From NCBI GenBank assembly GCA_965262715.1, contig OZ253553.1, positions 1,248,001 through 1,312,000 on the forward strand: a stretch of 64,000 nucleotides of DNA, given 5' to 3'. The notes beneath the pieces were generated by a model. It searched no databases. It was not told the origin of the DNA and worked only from the letters and a program-made list of their open reading frames with translations. Position 1 is the stretch's first letter, and each line of letters begins with the position of its first letter. Position numbers and translations under genes: made by a program. This document shows positions 9,721 through 20,977 of the stretch, in pieces. This DNA comes from Bdellovibrionales bacterium (GTDB lineage Bacteria; Bdellovibrionota; Bdellovibrionia; Bdellovibrionales; JAUICD01).

Positions 9721-10410
9721 TTAATTAAACCTGTCCATCCCTAGTTCATCATAGTTTTCATTTTTTCGTGGTTGTTTGAAATAGGCTATACACACTTGTC
9801 GAACACTATCTAAGTTATTCAAAATCACTTTAACCTTTTTAGAAAATATATTAAAGGCAATCACTGCTGGAATAGCTACAAAAAGTCCCACAGCTGTAGC
9901 AACTAAAGCTTCCGCAATGCCATTCATTACTAATGACGGATTAGTAATAGATTCTGTAGCTCCAAGATCTCGAAATGCTTTCATGATACCTAAAACCGTA
10001 CCCAAAAGCCCTATAAATGGAGCATTTGATCCGATAGTCGCTAAAAAGTTTAACCCTCTTTCTAATTTTGGTTTTTCTTGCATGGCATAAAACTTAAAAA
10101 CCTCGTTGAAACCATGGTCTTTACCTTTCTTAAGATGGCGCAACGCAAAGTCTAATGCTTTTCTTTCTAAAGAATTTGACCTGCTGTCTATCTTTTCAAG
10201 TTGATCTAATTGACCACGCCCTAAAGCATCTTCTAATTGCAACCTAAACTCTTCACTAGACTTAAGAATAGCCTTTAAGCTTAAAGCGCGTTCAAGTATA
10301 ATAGCAACACTGATAATAGATAAGATAATCAATAACCACAATATAGGCGCGATACCACTCTGAGCCACCAAAAATAATTTTTCTATAAGTAAGCTGTCAT
10401 CAATGATCAA
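9721..10410 (-). CDS. exbB: MotA/TolQ/ExbB proton channel protein
   Basis: LATIGSNAPFIGLLGTVLGIM, GIAEALVATAVGLFVAIPA. Confidence 0.9.
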   Translation of the reverse strand: MIIDDSLLIEKLFLVAQSGIAPILWLLIILSIISVAIILERALSLKAILKSSEEFRLQLEDALGRGQLDQLEKIDSRSNSLERKALDFALRHLKKGKDHGFNEVFKFYAMQEKPKLERGLNFLATIGSNAPFIGLLGTVLGIMKAFRDLGATESITNPSLVMNGIAEALVATAVGLFVAIPAVIAFNIFSKKVKVILNNLDSVRQVCIAYFKQPRKNENYDELGMDRFN

Positions 10411-10543
10411 AATAACCTCTATAACATATAGTATATTCTAATTTACCTTTTGAAAAATGCATAATAGATCACTGGACCTATGTCTTTATTTTTAGAGGCT
10501 ACATGACTTAAAAAAGTGTTACCGAAGTCCCTTGGTAGGACCG

Positions 10544-10820
10544 TTAGAGGTAATAGGTACAAATGTTTATAGACTTTTACTGAAACAGCACGATTCCCTT
10601 AACATGATGTTAAATAATGAGAAGTATCTCGTCTACTAAAATGCATCAGGCTTTCTAGGTAGTCAGCTATTTGCTGACGATGTGAACCGCCTGAGCTGAC
10701 TACCAGAAAGTCGCCAGAGGCTCGCCTCGAGAGGCGAGATGCATTTTAGTGAAAATAGTTAGATAAAGTTATGAATCTCTGGCAATGTTTATTAAATTTT
10801 TATTTTTGAAACCAGTTCTA
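10544..10820. mobile_element. third copy of the ~280-300 bp MITE-like repeat
   Basis: Near-identical to 672-948. Its terminal CTA is the stop codon of the lipase gene. Confidence 0.85.
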
Positions 10821-11612
10821 AGATTTTAATGCGGTCACAATATGCTGAAAAACACGAGAACTATAAAGAAGACTGATATGACTTACAAAGTCTAATTTGA
10901 TGTTTTTAAAAGCTGATGAAGGAGAACCTTCCACAAAACAGTTATCTTGTGGCCATACTGTCCAATCATACTTAGAGTAAATACTAGTGATGGTAGAGTT
11001 TTTAGAAATGATTTTTTGTCGCAGTTTTTTTAAAAAGGGAGAATCTATATATAAATCACTAGACAGGTTTTTATTAAAAGCAAATGTTTTTAAAAGTGGA
11101 CTTAAGTAAGTGCCTTTGTGTGGGGCACCTAATGTGACTAGATTTTTTACTTTACCTTGTCCCATTTTTGCCATATAATACCTGGAAACGATCCCTCCCA
11201 GAGAATGAGCAACAATGTCAATTTGAGAAGCTCCTGTTACTTCCATGACCTTATCAACTTGACATGAAAGTTCACCTACCATTTCTATGAGTTTTGTATT
11301 GAGAGTGCTATAATTCATTGTAAAGACATGAAGCCAACCCCGTTTTTGCATTTTTGTTTTCATCTGGATAAAGGCAGAGGCATTGTGTGCAATACCATGA
11401 ACCAATAAAACTGGTCGAGTATGAACAGGAGAAGAAGGCTTTGCTATCTGATTGTTTTTTAAGGAATAAGATGTGTTTGAAGTGGAATTATTGGACCTTA
11501 TTTGTTGAAATAATCCTAGCGAATACAGATTTGCTGCAATAAGAGATCCTGTAACCTCTTTTGCCGTGACGGCCAGTATATCTTTTCCAATTTGTAGTTT
11601 ATTTTTCATCAT
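10818..11612 (-). CDS. alpha/beta-fold lipase/esterase
   Basis: PVLLVHG, IVAHSLGG nucleophile elbow, VTLGAPH.G. Confidence 0.88.
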   Translation of the reverse strand: MMKNKLQIGKDILAVTAKEVTGSLIAANLYSLGLFQQIRSNNSTSNTSYSLKNNQIAKPSSPVHTRPVLLVHGIAHNASAFIQMKTKMQKRGWLHVFTMNYSTLNTKLIEMVGELSCQVDKVMEVTGASQIDIVAHSLGGIVSRYYMAKMGQGKVKNLVTLGAPHKGTYLSPLLKTFAFNKNLSSDLYIDSPFLKKLRQKIISKNSTITSIYSKYDWTVWPQDNCFVEGSPSSAFKNIKLDFVSHISLLYSSRVFQHIVTALKS

Positions 11613-11796
11613 AAATAAAAACTGTTATAATTAAAAGATAAAGTAGTTATTTCCCTTTTATATTAACATTTATAACACCTTATGACTATAAGATTCTTTA
11701 TTGTTATTGGTGTTTTATACCATTTGCAATAAGCTTAAGAATAAAGCTTATAATTTGAATTTATTTTAGTTATAAAAGTCATAAATGGAGTAAAAC

Positions 11797-13911
11797 ATGA
11801 CTTACAAAGACCCACAGACGACCTCCGAGCTTCAATGGACGCGTAATATCGGCATTATGGCTCATATCGATGCTGGAAAGACAACCACTACAGAACGTAT
11901 TCTTTATTATACAGGCAAAAGTCATAAAGTCGGCGAGGTGCATCAAGGAAATACCGCTATGGACTGGATGCAGCAAGAGCAAGAAAGAGGAATTACTATT
12001 ACATCAGCTGCCACAACTTGCTTTTGGAAAGATCATAAAATTTCTATTATAGATACTCCAGGTCATGTGGATTTCACTATTGAAGTAGAGCGTTCTTTAC
12101 GTGTTTTAGATGGAGCTATTGCTGTTTTTGATGGTGTCAACGGTGTAGAACCTCAATCAGAAACTGTTTGGTATCAAGCAGACAAATACAATGTACCTCG
12201 TATATGTTTTATAAATAAGATGGACAGGGTAGGTGTGGATTACCAGATGTCTATTCATTCACTCGCTCAAAAATTGAAAGTCACACCTGTTGTCCTACAG
12301 TGGCCTATAGGTCAAGAAGAAGGTTTCGTAGGAGTTATTGATCTTGTTTTGATGAAGGCTATTTTATGGGACAGTGGTGATATAGATTCCCCTTTTAAAT
12401 ATCAAGAGATCCCAAAAGATTATCAAGAACAGGCTCAAAAGCTTAGAGATCAGCTTTTAGAACAGATTGTTGAGTTTGAAGATGAAGTGATGGAAATGTA
12501 TCTCAAAGATATACCTCTAAAAGTTCATCATATCAAAAAAGCCATTCGCAAGGGGACTTTAAATCAAAAAATTTTTCCGGTTCTTTGTGGTTCTGCATTT
12601 AAAAATAAGGGAGTTCAACCTTTATTGGATGCCGTAATCGATTACCTGCCAAGCCCTTTAGATCGTCCTTTTATTGAGGGATGGACAGCAAAAGATAAAA
12701 AACAAATTATTAAATGTTCTACTGATTTTGATAAACCTCTTATTGCACTTGCTTTTAAACTTCAAGTAGATACTTTTGCAGGAACACTAACTTACTTGCG
12801 CGTTTATTCAGGTGTTTTAAAAACAAGTATGGCTGTTCAAAACTCATCAGTTTCTAAAAAAGAACGTATTGGACGTTTAGTAAAAATGCACGCTGATTCA
12901 AGACAAGAAGTAGACCAAATAAAAGCAGGTGACATCGGAGCTGCTATAGGATTGAAATGGACACGCACAGGTCACACTCTTTGTGATAAGAATAAAATCG
13001 TTATTTTAGAAGAGATTGCTTTTCCAGAACCTGTCATCTCTATAGCTATTGAACTGAAAACAACAAAAGATCAAAAAAAACTGGCAGAAGCTTTAGAAAA
13101 GCTCAAGCAAGAAGACCCTTCCTTTATTGTAAAGGAAGATTTAGAAACAGGACAAACTCTGATTTCTGGTATGGGAGAACTCCATCTAGAAATTTTAGTG
13201 GAAAGACTAAAGAGCGAGTTTCAAGTTCAGGTGAACTGTGGAAAACCGCAAGTTTCTTATCGAGAGAAAATCACTCAGACAACCTCTGGCGAAGGCAAAC
13301 TTTTATATAATAAAGAAAAGGACACTGACAAGAAAGGTCAATATGCTCATGTGGTTGTTGAACTGACACCACTTGAAAAAAGTGAAGGTATTGTTATAGA
13401 AAATGCTCTTAAGCCAAAGACTCTCCCTCAAGAATTTATTTCTCCAGCTTTAGAAGGTATAAGAGAAGCCCTAACCAATGGCCTTTTGCTAGGCTATCCT
13501 ATTATTGATGTTAAGGCTCGCCTTGTAAATGCATTTTTTCATGAGCAAGACTCCAGCCCTCCTGCCTTTAAAATAGCTGGTGTGATGGCTGTCAAAGAGG
13601 CACTCCGCAAAAACCCCTCTTATCTTTTAGAACCTATCGCTAAAGTAGAAGTGATAACACCTCAAGAATTTTTACGGGTTGTAATTGGAAATCTAAATGC
13701 AAAACGTGGTACAGTCCTTCAAGTCACATCAAAGGGACACCTTCAAGTGATTGATGCAAAAGTACCAGTTGCAGAACTTTTTGGTTATGCAACAACTCTT
13801 AGGTCTATGACCCAGGGACGCGCTCAATTTTCAATGGAGTTTAATTGCTTTGAGAGATTACCTAAAAAACAAGAGCAAGAACTCTTTGTAAGACATGGTA
13901 TTTCTACTTAA
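11797..13911 (+). CDS. fusA: elongation factor G (stand-alone copy)
   Basis: [56 protein letters not shown]. Confidence 0.96.
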   Translation: MTYKDPQTTSELQWTRNIGIMAHIDAGKTTTTERILYYTGKSHKVGEVHQGNTAMDWMQQEQERGITITSAATTCFWKDHKISIIDTPGHVDFTIEVERSLRVLDGAIAVFDGVNGVEPQSETVWYQADKYNVPRICFINKMDRVGVDYQMSIHSLAQKLKVTPVVLQWPIGQEEGFVGVIDLVLMKAILWDSGDIDSPFKYQEIPKDYQEQAQKLRDQLLEQIVEFEDEVMEMYLKDIPLKVHHIKKAIRKGTLNQKIFPVLCGSAFKNKGVQPLLDAVIDYLPSPLDRPFIEGWTAKDKKQIIKCSTDFDKPLIALAFKLQVDTFAGTLTYLRVYSGVLKTSMAVQNSSVSKKERIGRLVKMHADSRQEVDQIKAGDIGAAIGLKWTRTGHTLCDKNKIVILEEIAFPEPVISIAIELKTTKDQKKLAEALEKLKQEDPSFIVKEDLETGQTLISGMGELHLEILVERLKSEFQVQVNCGKPQVSYREKITQTTSGEGKLLYNKEKDTDKKGQYAHVVVELTPLEKSEGIVIENALKPKTLPQEFISPALEGIREALTNGLLLGYPIIDVKARLVNAFFHEQDSSPPAFKIAGVMAVKEALRKNPSYLLEPIAKVEVITPQEFLRVVIGNLNAKRGTVLQVTSKGHLQVIDAKVPVAELFGYATTLRSMTQGRAQFSMEFNCFERLPKKQEQELFVRHGIST

Positions 13912-14074
13912 GTCACAAAAAGAAAACCATGTAAATATTTCAAAAATACCTATATTTTTTTTGGAAAGTTAAAAATTCTTGTTTTTTTAATTCTTTGATA
14001 CAGTTTCCACAAACCCAAGTTTATTGAAGGTTTTTGAAAATGATATTACCTTAAGTACAAAAAATGAAGCTTAA

Positions 14075-14488
14075 CTATTGATCTAGGAGGTCTGCTTTTG
14101 ACAATCCTATTAGGTCAATTTGAACATTAATATCTAAATGAGTTGTTGGATCATCAGACTTTTCTAAAAGAAACATTAAAGCAGTCTCTTCAAAATTATT
14201 TTTTGTATTAAGAGCTTCTGCTACAGCATTGTAAGCAATCAGCTCAAAAACAGCATGTAAAACATCAAAACTTACTCCTGCTCTAATTGCCATCATAATA
14301 GGAGTATCTCCACTTCCATTGCATCTAAGATTAGAAAACTCATTTCTTAAGGTTAATAATTCTATTTCTTCTACTGTGGCCTGTTGCCACCACAAGCTAT
14401 CACATATCTCCATTTGAATATCTTGAGCATTGAGTGAAGGTAGATGTCCAAATATAATTATAGTTATTAAAACAAGATATCTTATCAT
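14075..14488 (-). CDS. secreted ankyrin-like protein
   Basis: Signal peptide; GDTPIMMAI and NTKNNFEETALMFL ankyrin-like motifs. Confidence 0.7.
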   Translation of the reverse strand: MIRYLVLITIIIFGHLPSLNAQDIQMEICDSLWWQQATVEEIELLTLRNEFSNLRCNGSGDTPIMMAIRAGVSFDVLHAVFELIAYNAVAEALNTKNNFEETALMFLLEKSDDPTTHLDINVQIDLIGLSKADLLDQ

Positions 14489-14744
14489 TTTTAGTTACCT
14501 TCCATCTAGATTGATACAAGCAAAATTTTGTTAATTTATCTCAATTAATTATTAATTATAAAATAACACACAAAGCAACCTAGGTTTATAGGTAAGCATT
14601 TTTTTTGGATATTTATGAACTAAAATCTAGCTTGGATGGGTCTTGTTGCACAAATATGATTCTATTACATAAGATTACCATTAGTGTCTTTTGACAGGCT
14701 TTTTCACTAGCAGCAAAGGGCCTTTGTGCCTTAATTATGAATAA

Positions 14745-15305
14745 TCAACCAACTTCATCTTCCCCCAATCCCAATAGATGTCTCATCTTTTGATACCAAG
14801 CTTCATTTAATTGATCCACATCTGCTCCTGCATCTAAGAGAGTCCTAACAACTTGTATACATCTTTCCATTTCTTCTTCGTCTCTTTCAAAGTAAGCATG
14901 GATAATACTTAAGTAAAGTGGGGTTTCTCCTCCTAAATTTGCAGCATTCACATCCTCTCCAGCAGACAGAAGCATTGAAGTTATCTCTGGGCGGCATACA
15001 ACAAGAGAATAAGCATTTACTACCAATAAAGGCACATTTTGGTTTTCCCTGTCTGCCCCTTTATCTAAAAGCATTCTAACAATTCCTACATGTCCTCCTT
15101 GAACGGCATAACGAATCAGAGTCTCACCATATCCATCTCGAACATTTATACCCGCTCCAAACCCCTCTATTGCGTCTTGGACACAAAAGAATGAACCTTC
15201 CTCAGCACATTTAAAAATTTCATCTTCTTCCATTTCTTCTTGACCTAAAGCTCTGTCGGCAGTCAACAGACATACAAACAGTAAAAAGCTATAAAGATAT
15301 TTCAT
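14745..15305 (-). CDS. secreted ankyrin-repeat protein
   Basis: Signal peptide; INVRDGYGETLIRYAVQGGHVGIVRMLLDKGAD, DVNAANLGGETPL...LLDAGADV. Confidence 0.9.
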   Translation of the reverse strand: MKYLYSFLLFVCLLTADRALGQEEMEEDEIFKCAEEGSFFCVQDAIEGFGAGINVRDGYGETLIRYAVQGGHVGIVRMLLDKGADRENQNVPLLVVNAYSLVVCRPEITSMLLSAGEDVNAANLGGETPLYLSIIHAYFERDEEEMERCIQVVRTLLDAGADVDQLNEAWYQKMRHLLGLGEDEVG

Positions 15306-15496
15306 ACTCCACCTTCCTTTAAATTAAATATTCTTCTTTGTAAGTTTCAAACAAAAGTCTTAGATAATGTCAATAAAAAAATAAAATGACTTGAAATCAC
15401 TGATTAAACAGCAATTTATTAATATCTTAAATCTACAGGTATGAGTTAAACTTTATTCTGAAAAAAATAAGTAACAATCTTTCTTTGTAGAATCAA

Positions 15497-16846
15497 TCAA
15501 TGAATAGATTGAAATACTAAGCAGGCATTTGTTCCACCAAAACCAAAGCTATTACTTAAAGCGCATCTTACTGGTTTTTCAACAGCTACATGAGGTGTGT
15601 AGTTTAAATCACAATCAGGCGAGGGATTTTCTAAATTTATGGTAGGAGGGATTTGATTTCTAGAAACGGAAAGAGTAGTAAAAATAGCTTCTATAGCTCC
15701 AGCAGCACCCAACAGATGTCCTGTCATACTTTTTGTAGAACTAATTGAGAGCTTCTTAGCATGTGAGCCAAAAGCGCGCTTAATAGCTAAAGTTTCTTTT
15801 TCATCCCCTATAGGGGTAGATGTGCCATGCGCATTGATATAATCAATGTCCTCATGATTGATCTGCGCATCTTTTAAGGCTAAGTTGATGGCATTTGCAG
15901 CGCCTATTCCATCTTCATCAGGATTTGTAAGATGAAATGCGTCACAAGAGGCTCCATACCCTGCAATCTCACAATATATTCGAGCACCTCTTTGAACTGC
16001 TTTTTCATAATCTTCTAAAACTAACATCCCTGCCCCTTCACTAAAAACAAAACCATCTCTATCCCTGTCCCATGGACGACTTGCCATCTCTGGCTGCGTG
16101 TTTCTAGTGGAAAGAGCACGCATAGATGCAAACCCAGAAAGAGCAAGTGGAGTGATAGCAGATTCTGAGCCTCCAGCTAGCATAATATCACTAACGCCAT
16201 AACGGATATATTTCATGGCCTCGCCAATAGCATGGGCACCTGAAGCACACGCGGATGTAATTGTGTAACTAGGACCTTTAAGCCTTGCCTGCAAAGATAA
16301 ATGACCAGGTGCTATATTGGATATTGTTCTTGGAATGAAAAAAGGAGATATTCGAGAAGGGCCTCTTTCTTCTAAAATTTTCACATTTTGAGAAATAATA
16401 TCTAAACCACTTATTCCAACTCCTATAATACAACCTGCTGTTTGACCGTACTGCTCAGGAATAGCAAAGTGACTATCTGCAGAATCATCGTTTGTAGGAT
16501 CATCATTTGTGGGAGAACTGTTTTTAAAAGTACCGTTTGTAAGACCGCTATCTTTCAGAGCAGAAAGCCCTGCAACAACAGCAAATTGTGTAAATCTCTC
16601 CATTTTACGTAAAGTTTTTGGATCAATCCATTTTTGCGGATCAAAATCTTTTACCTCACCCGCAATACTCACTTCATAATCTTTAGCATCAAATTGTGTA
16701 ATAGGTGCAATACCAGATCGTCCTTCCAAAAGCCCTGTCCACGACTGCTCATGCGTGAGACCAAGTGGGGTGATAGCGGAAAGCCCTGTAACAACAACCC
16801 TACGTTCAACAGATGGTCTTCTATAAAAAATACTTTCAGAGTTCAT
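15497..16846 (-). CDS. fabF: 3-oxoacyl-ACP synthase II
   Basis: RRVVVTG, SACASG, INAHGTST, KSMTGHLLGAAG, SNSFGFGGTN. Confidence 0.97.
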   Translation of the reverse strand: MNSESIFYRRPSVERRVVVTGLSAITPLGLTHEQSWTGLLEGRSGIAPITQFDAKDYEVSIAGEVKDFDPQKWIDPKTLRKMERFTQFAVVAGLSALKDSGLTNGTFKNSSPTNDDPTNDDSADSHFAIPEQYGQTAGCIIGVGISGLDIISQNVKILEERGPSRISPFFIPRTISNIAPGHLSLQARLKGPSYTITSACASGAHAIGEAMKYIRYGVSDIMLAGGSESAITPLALSGFASMRALSTRNTQPEMASRPWDRDRDGFVFSEGAGMLVLEDYEKAVQRGARIYCEIAGYGASCDAFHLTNPDEDGIGAANAINLALKDAQINHEDIDYINAHGTSTPIGDEKETLAIKRAFGSHAKKLSISSTKSMTGHLLGAAGAIEAIFTTLSVSRNQIPPTINLENPSPDCDLNYTPHVAVEKPVRCALSNSFGFGGTNACLVFQSIH

Positions 16847-17089
16847 TTATACCAAAAGGTTTTTTTTGTTCAAGTAATCCTGAACATCTCCAACTGTTTT
16901 AAGTTGTTCTGCCTCTTTATCTGGAATTTCTATATTAAATGCTTCTTCCATAGCCATTATCAGCTCCACAATATCTAAACTATCTGCCTTTAGCTTATCA
17001 ACAAATGCCGCCTGCAAAGTCACTTCTTCCGGTTTTACCCCTAATTGTTCTACAATCATATCTTTTATTTTAGCATTTACATCTGACAT
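16847..17089 (-). CDS. acpP: acyl carrier protein
   Basis: [25 protein letters not shown]. Confidence 0.97.
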   Translation of the reverse strand: MSDVNAKIKDMIVEQLGVKPEEVTLQAAFVDKLKADSLDIVELIMAMEEAFNIEIPDKEAEQLKTVGDVQDYLNKKNLLV

Positions 17090-17169
17090 TATATTCTCCT
17101 TAAAATAATATAAATAATTAAGGTATTTAACCTTTTTAAGTCACATGAGATACAATGTAATGTCAACTC

Positions 17170-18036
17170 TTAAGATATAGCCTTTAAAAACTTCTCTATT
17201 CTTAAATTAACAAAGTCAGGCATGTCTAGGTGGGTGCAATGTGACCCCATAGGGATAAGTAATATCTCACTACTATGTATTTTATGATGCAAGGTTTCTT
17301 GATGCTGAAAAGGAGTTATAGTATCTGAAGAACCTCCTATAATCAGTGTTGGAATAGTGATCCTCTCTAAAACTGTTGTTCCATCATAACTTAACATTCT
17401 ACCAAAAAGTTCAAGAAAGACATCAAGATCCACATTGCCTACTCCTTTTGCATAAATTTCAATATCCTTAAAATTTGTTAAGTTAAGGTTAAATCCACCA
17501 GCTACAGCACTTAATTTGATCAAAATAGGATTAGAAACAGCTTTTTTCCATAGGTAAGAAAGAGTTTCTGGCAATTGATCATAACCCTGTTTCATAAGTT
17601 TAAAAAACGAATCTGTAATGTCTATACCAAACATTCCTCTAAGAGGATTGCTGGCAAAGCCATTAATAAAAATAAGGCTTTCAAAAAGATGAGGGAACAT
17701 GTCATAAGTTCGTATTAAGACTTGAGCACCAAAACTGTGTCCCCAAAAATGCGCTTTTTTTAATCCTAAATGTTTCATTAAGGCCTTTATATCTTGTGAC
17801 AAATCATCAATAAAAACCTGTTTATTAAGAGGAATAGATGAGCGATGACACCCTCTATAATCAAAAACAATTGTTTTATAATAATTAGAGAAATATTTAA
17901 CTTGAGGTCTCCAGTGATTGATTGTGCAAGCAATACCATAAGTTAAAATGACAGGTGTTCCCTCTCCTCTTATTTCATAATAGATAGAAGTCCCATCAAA
18001 ACTTTTAAAGTGACCTGTTTGCTTTTTATAAGTCAT
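17170..18036 (-). CDS. alpha/beta hydrolase
   Basis: GHSFG nucleophile motif. Start at 18036 overlaps the upstream stop (ATGA). Confidence 0.88.
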   Translation of the reverse strand: MTYKKQTGHFKSFDGTSIYYEIRGEGTPVILTYGIACTINHWRPQVKYFSNYYKTIVFDYRGCHRSSIPLNKQVFIDDLSQDIKALMKHLGLKKAHFWGHSFGAQVLIRTYDMFPHLFESLIFINGFASNPLRGMFGIDITDSFFKLMKQGYDQLPETLSYLWKKAVSNPILIKLSAVAGGFNLNLTNFKDIEIYAKGVGNVDLDVFLELFGRMLSYDGTTVLERITIPTLIIGGSSDTITPFQHQETLHHKIHSSEILLIPMGSHCTHLDMPDFVNLRIEKFLKAIS

Positions 18037-18752
18037 TTTATGTCCTTTATTTGCACTTGAAGACATGTATCTTCAAGTTGTATCACATCACCATGGCGTA
18101 ACATATTGCTTTTTATAGCCTTTCCATTTAACTTTACAGTGGATGGCTGTTTTGTAGAAAAAACAATACCACTATCTTTTTTCAAATTATTTGATGGAAG
18201 GTCAGATTCCTTTAAAGGATCCAAGGTGAAGCCACAAGGCCCTAATGAAGGTTCATGAATAGGAAAATCAACGGAGTCAGTCCCTACATATCTTGGACCA
18301 TACCCAATATACCATACAACTCCCATTTGTCGTCCTTGGGTGATAGTCAACTTTAATCTTTTAGGAAAGGGCCACACTTTTTTTGGTGTCATTTCAGAAA
18401 TATGAGGTTGTCTAGAAAGGTCACTGAAGGTAACCAGTAAAAGACTCTTCCAATCTGAGAGGTTACCCATAGAATTTCTCAGAACAAAACTCACTTCTCC
18501 TATTGAAAAAATCATGTCTACCTTTAACTCAACTTGCTCAAGAACACAGCTATCTACTAAAATACCTCTTTGAGATAAACTATTTAAATAGATTTTACCA
18601 TTTTTTTTTTCTACCTGCGCATGTTGCGCAGAGATAGTAGGATTATTAATATGGATATCTGATCCCTTTCTCCGACCAATAATAGCCTTATCTTTAAGGT
18701 AAAAAAACATCCCTTTTTGTGGTCCTGAATCAATAAATAAGTACAAAGCCAT
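18033..18752 (-). CDS. FHA domain protein (two FHA-like domains)
   Basis: IIGRR..SDI.I....ISAQHA and C-terminal LNG......LRHGDVIQLE. Confidence 0.8.
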   Translation of the reverse strand: MALYLFIDSGPQKGMFFYLKDKAIIGRRKGSDIHINNPTISAQHAQVEKKNGKIYLNSLSQRGILVDSCVLEQVELKVDMIFSIGEVSFVLRNSMGNLSDWKSLLLVTFSDLSRQPHISEMTPKKVWPFPKRLKLTITQGRQMGVVWYIGYGPRYVGTDSVDFPIHEPSLGPCGFTLDPLKESDLPSNNLKKDSGIVFSTKQPSTVKLNGKAIKSNMLRHGDVIQLEDTCLQVQIKDIK

Positions 18753-18909
18753 ACCCTAATATGATAACAGTTTTTAGAAAAAGTTATAAGATGTTTAAAG
18801 TCTTGTTTTGTATCATTGCCTTTTAGGCCCTCAACAAATCAAGAATGACAAAGTCTCAAAATTTAAATCAATAAAAGGTTATCGTCTCATTTTAATTCAT
18901 TCTGTTTCC

Positions 18910-18985
18910 CTAAAAATAGACCAGCCTCTGGCTCACTAAAAATGAACCAGCCTCTGGCTCACTAAAAATGAACCAGCCTCTGGCT
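18910..18985 (+). repeat. 26-bp tandem repeat x3 (5' end of hairpin module)
   Basis: CTAAAAATRRACCAGCCTCTGGCT units starting at 18910, 18936, 18962. Confidence 0.9.
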
Positions 18986-19000
18986 GTTTTTGGGCAACAA

Positions 19001-19590
19001 GCCTGAAGGTTCACACCTTCAGCAAGTAGCTTGTTGCCTCAAAAATCCGTTCATCTTTAGTAGGACAGATACTCCTCATTTCTTAACAAAATGTTAAGGA
19101 AACCGTTTCAGTAAAATGCCTAGAAAGCATGAGACATTTTTAGTAGGAAGAATCTCCTCATTCTCTTACACTATGTTAGGGAAACTGTTATTATTTATCA
19201 ATCAGCCTGAAGGTTCACACCTTCAGCAAGTAGCTTGTTGCCTCAAAAATCCGTTCATCTTTAGTAGGACAGATACTCCTCATTTCTTAACAAAATGTTA
19301 AGGAAACCGTTTCAGTAAAATGCCTAGAAAGCATGAGACATTTTTAGTAGGGAGAATCTTCTCATTCTCTTACACTATGTTAGGGAAACTGTTATTATTT
19401 ACCAATCAGCCTGAAGGTTCACACCTCCAGCAAGTAGCTTGTTGCCTCAAAAATCCGTTCATCTTTAGTAGGACAGATACTCCTCATTTCTTAACAAAAT
19501 GTTAGGGAAATTGTTGTTGTTTATCAGTCAGCCTGAAGATTTACATTACGGGATGTATCCCGTCAACAAAATGCTAATTGTCTCAAAATC
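19001..19590 (+). repeat. 204-bp tandem repeat (2 full copies plus partial copies) built from hairpin-module parts
   Basis: Units start GCCTGAAG at 19001, 19205, 19409 and 19531. Confidence 0.92.
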
Positions 19591-19601
19591 TTAAGACCTA
19601 T

Positions 19602-20171
19602 TTATTGCTCAAGCAAAAGAAGAATATCTAGACCCTCATCAGTTACAAGACCAGAACGGGTCAATCTATCTCTTAAAATCATAGCAGGAGTTTGTCCTGC
19701 TAAATAATTACCACTTCTAGTACTTCTATTATTATTACGCCTTCTCAAGTTATTGGGCTCGGCTCTTATAAGTAGACTTATAACATCAAAACTTGCTCTA
19801 AATTGAACTGCAATATATAAGGGAGTATTTCCCTCTCCACAGTCTTGCCTAAGAGCTGCGGAAACTGGATCTATAGTCAATTTGCCAACTAATGATCGAT
19901 TATCGTTTTCTCTAATAAAACGGAATAAGTCGAATATCCCTTCAGTAGTAGTTAAAGATGCCAAAAAAGAACCGTCACATAAAAGATCAAGAGAAAAAGG
20001 TATGAAGATATGTGTATATGAAAAATCTTCAACACTTCCTGTTATTGGCATAATTATACCAGGAGTAACGACTAATGAGTTATATGGAGGATCTTCAGCA
20101 TTTACTGTTATTGGCATAATAGATATCAGATAGAGATTTAAACAAAAAAACAGTGTAAAATATTTCATCAT
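19602..20171 (-). CDS. secreted ankyrin-like protein
   Basis: Signal peptide; GNTPLYIAVQ, GQTPAMIL; similar to 23471..24028. Confidence 0.75.
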   Translation of the reverse strand: MMKYFTLFFCLNLYLISIMPITVNAEDPPYNSLVVTPGIIMPITGSVEDFSYTHIFIPFSLDLLCDGSFLASLTTTEGIFDLFRFIRENDNRSLVGKLTIDPVSAALRQDCGEGNTPLYIAVQFRASFDVISLLIRAEPNNLRRRNNNRSTRSGNYLAGQTPAMILRDRLTRSGLVTDEGLDILLLLEQ

Positions 20172-20477
20172 AAGTCTTCATCCTTACCATAAAGTTTAAA
20201 GACGTTACTCTATATTTAAAGGTAAAATCAAGACGGCTCTTATAAAAAGCTAAAATCATGAAATTTTTACATGGTTTCATCAATAGAAATTTGAGAAAAA
20301 ATGTAAAATAACAGTGTTTTTAAAGGATAAAAGTTCATTTTTAGAGTGATCTATTTTAATATAAAAATGATATAATTAAAAAAAATGCAGCAACAACTTG
20401 AAATTGGACGTAAGAGATGTGAGTATAGGCCATTATTAGGATTATAAAAATAGGTATAATAAATAAGGAGATTTTTT

Positions 20478-20921
20478 GTGACAACATTACGTTCTTATGA
20501 AGGTGTTTTGGTTCTTCATCCAAACACAACCTTAGAAGAGCAAAAAACGCTCTTTCAACAAAATAGAAAAATTATTAATGAGCATGAGGGGAGCCTACAT
20601 CATTGTGATACATGGGGTAGACGCCCTTTAGCTAACCCTATAAAAAACATCAAAATAGGTATATTCTTTCATTATACTTTCTGTGCTAATCATAAAGTTA
20701 TAGCAGAATTAGAAAGGACTTTACGCATCAACAGCTTTGTATTGAAGTTTTTACATACCCATCTAGATAAAATCTCTTTAGATAAATATTTGAAAAACTA
20801 CTATACGCAGTTAGAAAACACTTTGCTAAAAGAAAAGGAAAGAGAACGTAAACGTTTAGAACGTAAACCTCCACAAAGACCAATGGGAGCACGCATAGAA
20901 GCTGCAAGAACAACTCCTTAA
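20478..20921 (+). CDS. rpsF: 30S ribosomal protein S6
   Basis: RSYE.V.VLHP, WGRRPLANPIK, ELER.LRIN..VLK. Confidence 0.93.
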   Translation: MTTLRSYEGVLVLHPNTTLEEQKTLFQQNRKIINEHEGSLHHCDTWGRRPLANPIKNIKIGIFFHYTFCANHKVIAELERTLRINSFVLKFLHTHLDKISLDKYLKNYYTQLENTLLKEKERERKRLERKPPQRPMGARIEAARTTP

Positions 20922-20977
20922 AAATACCTATTTATCAATCTTTTTATAAACTTAGAATGTGTTAAAAGGACGTTAAT

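Noticed and set aside
19116..19505. two 61-aa ORFs (19116..19301, 19320..19505)
   Set aside because: By-products of the 204-bp tandem repeat; no RBS or recognisable domain
18903..19590. CRISPR array
   Set aside because: Units are 26 or 204 bp and near-identical throughout, with no unique spacers and no cas genes
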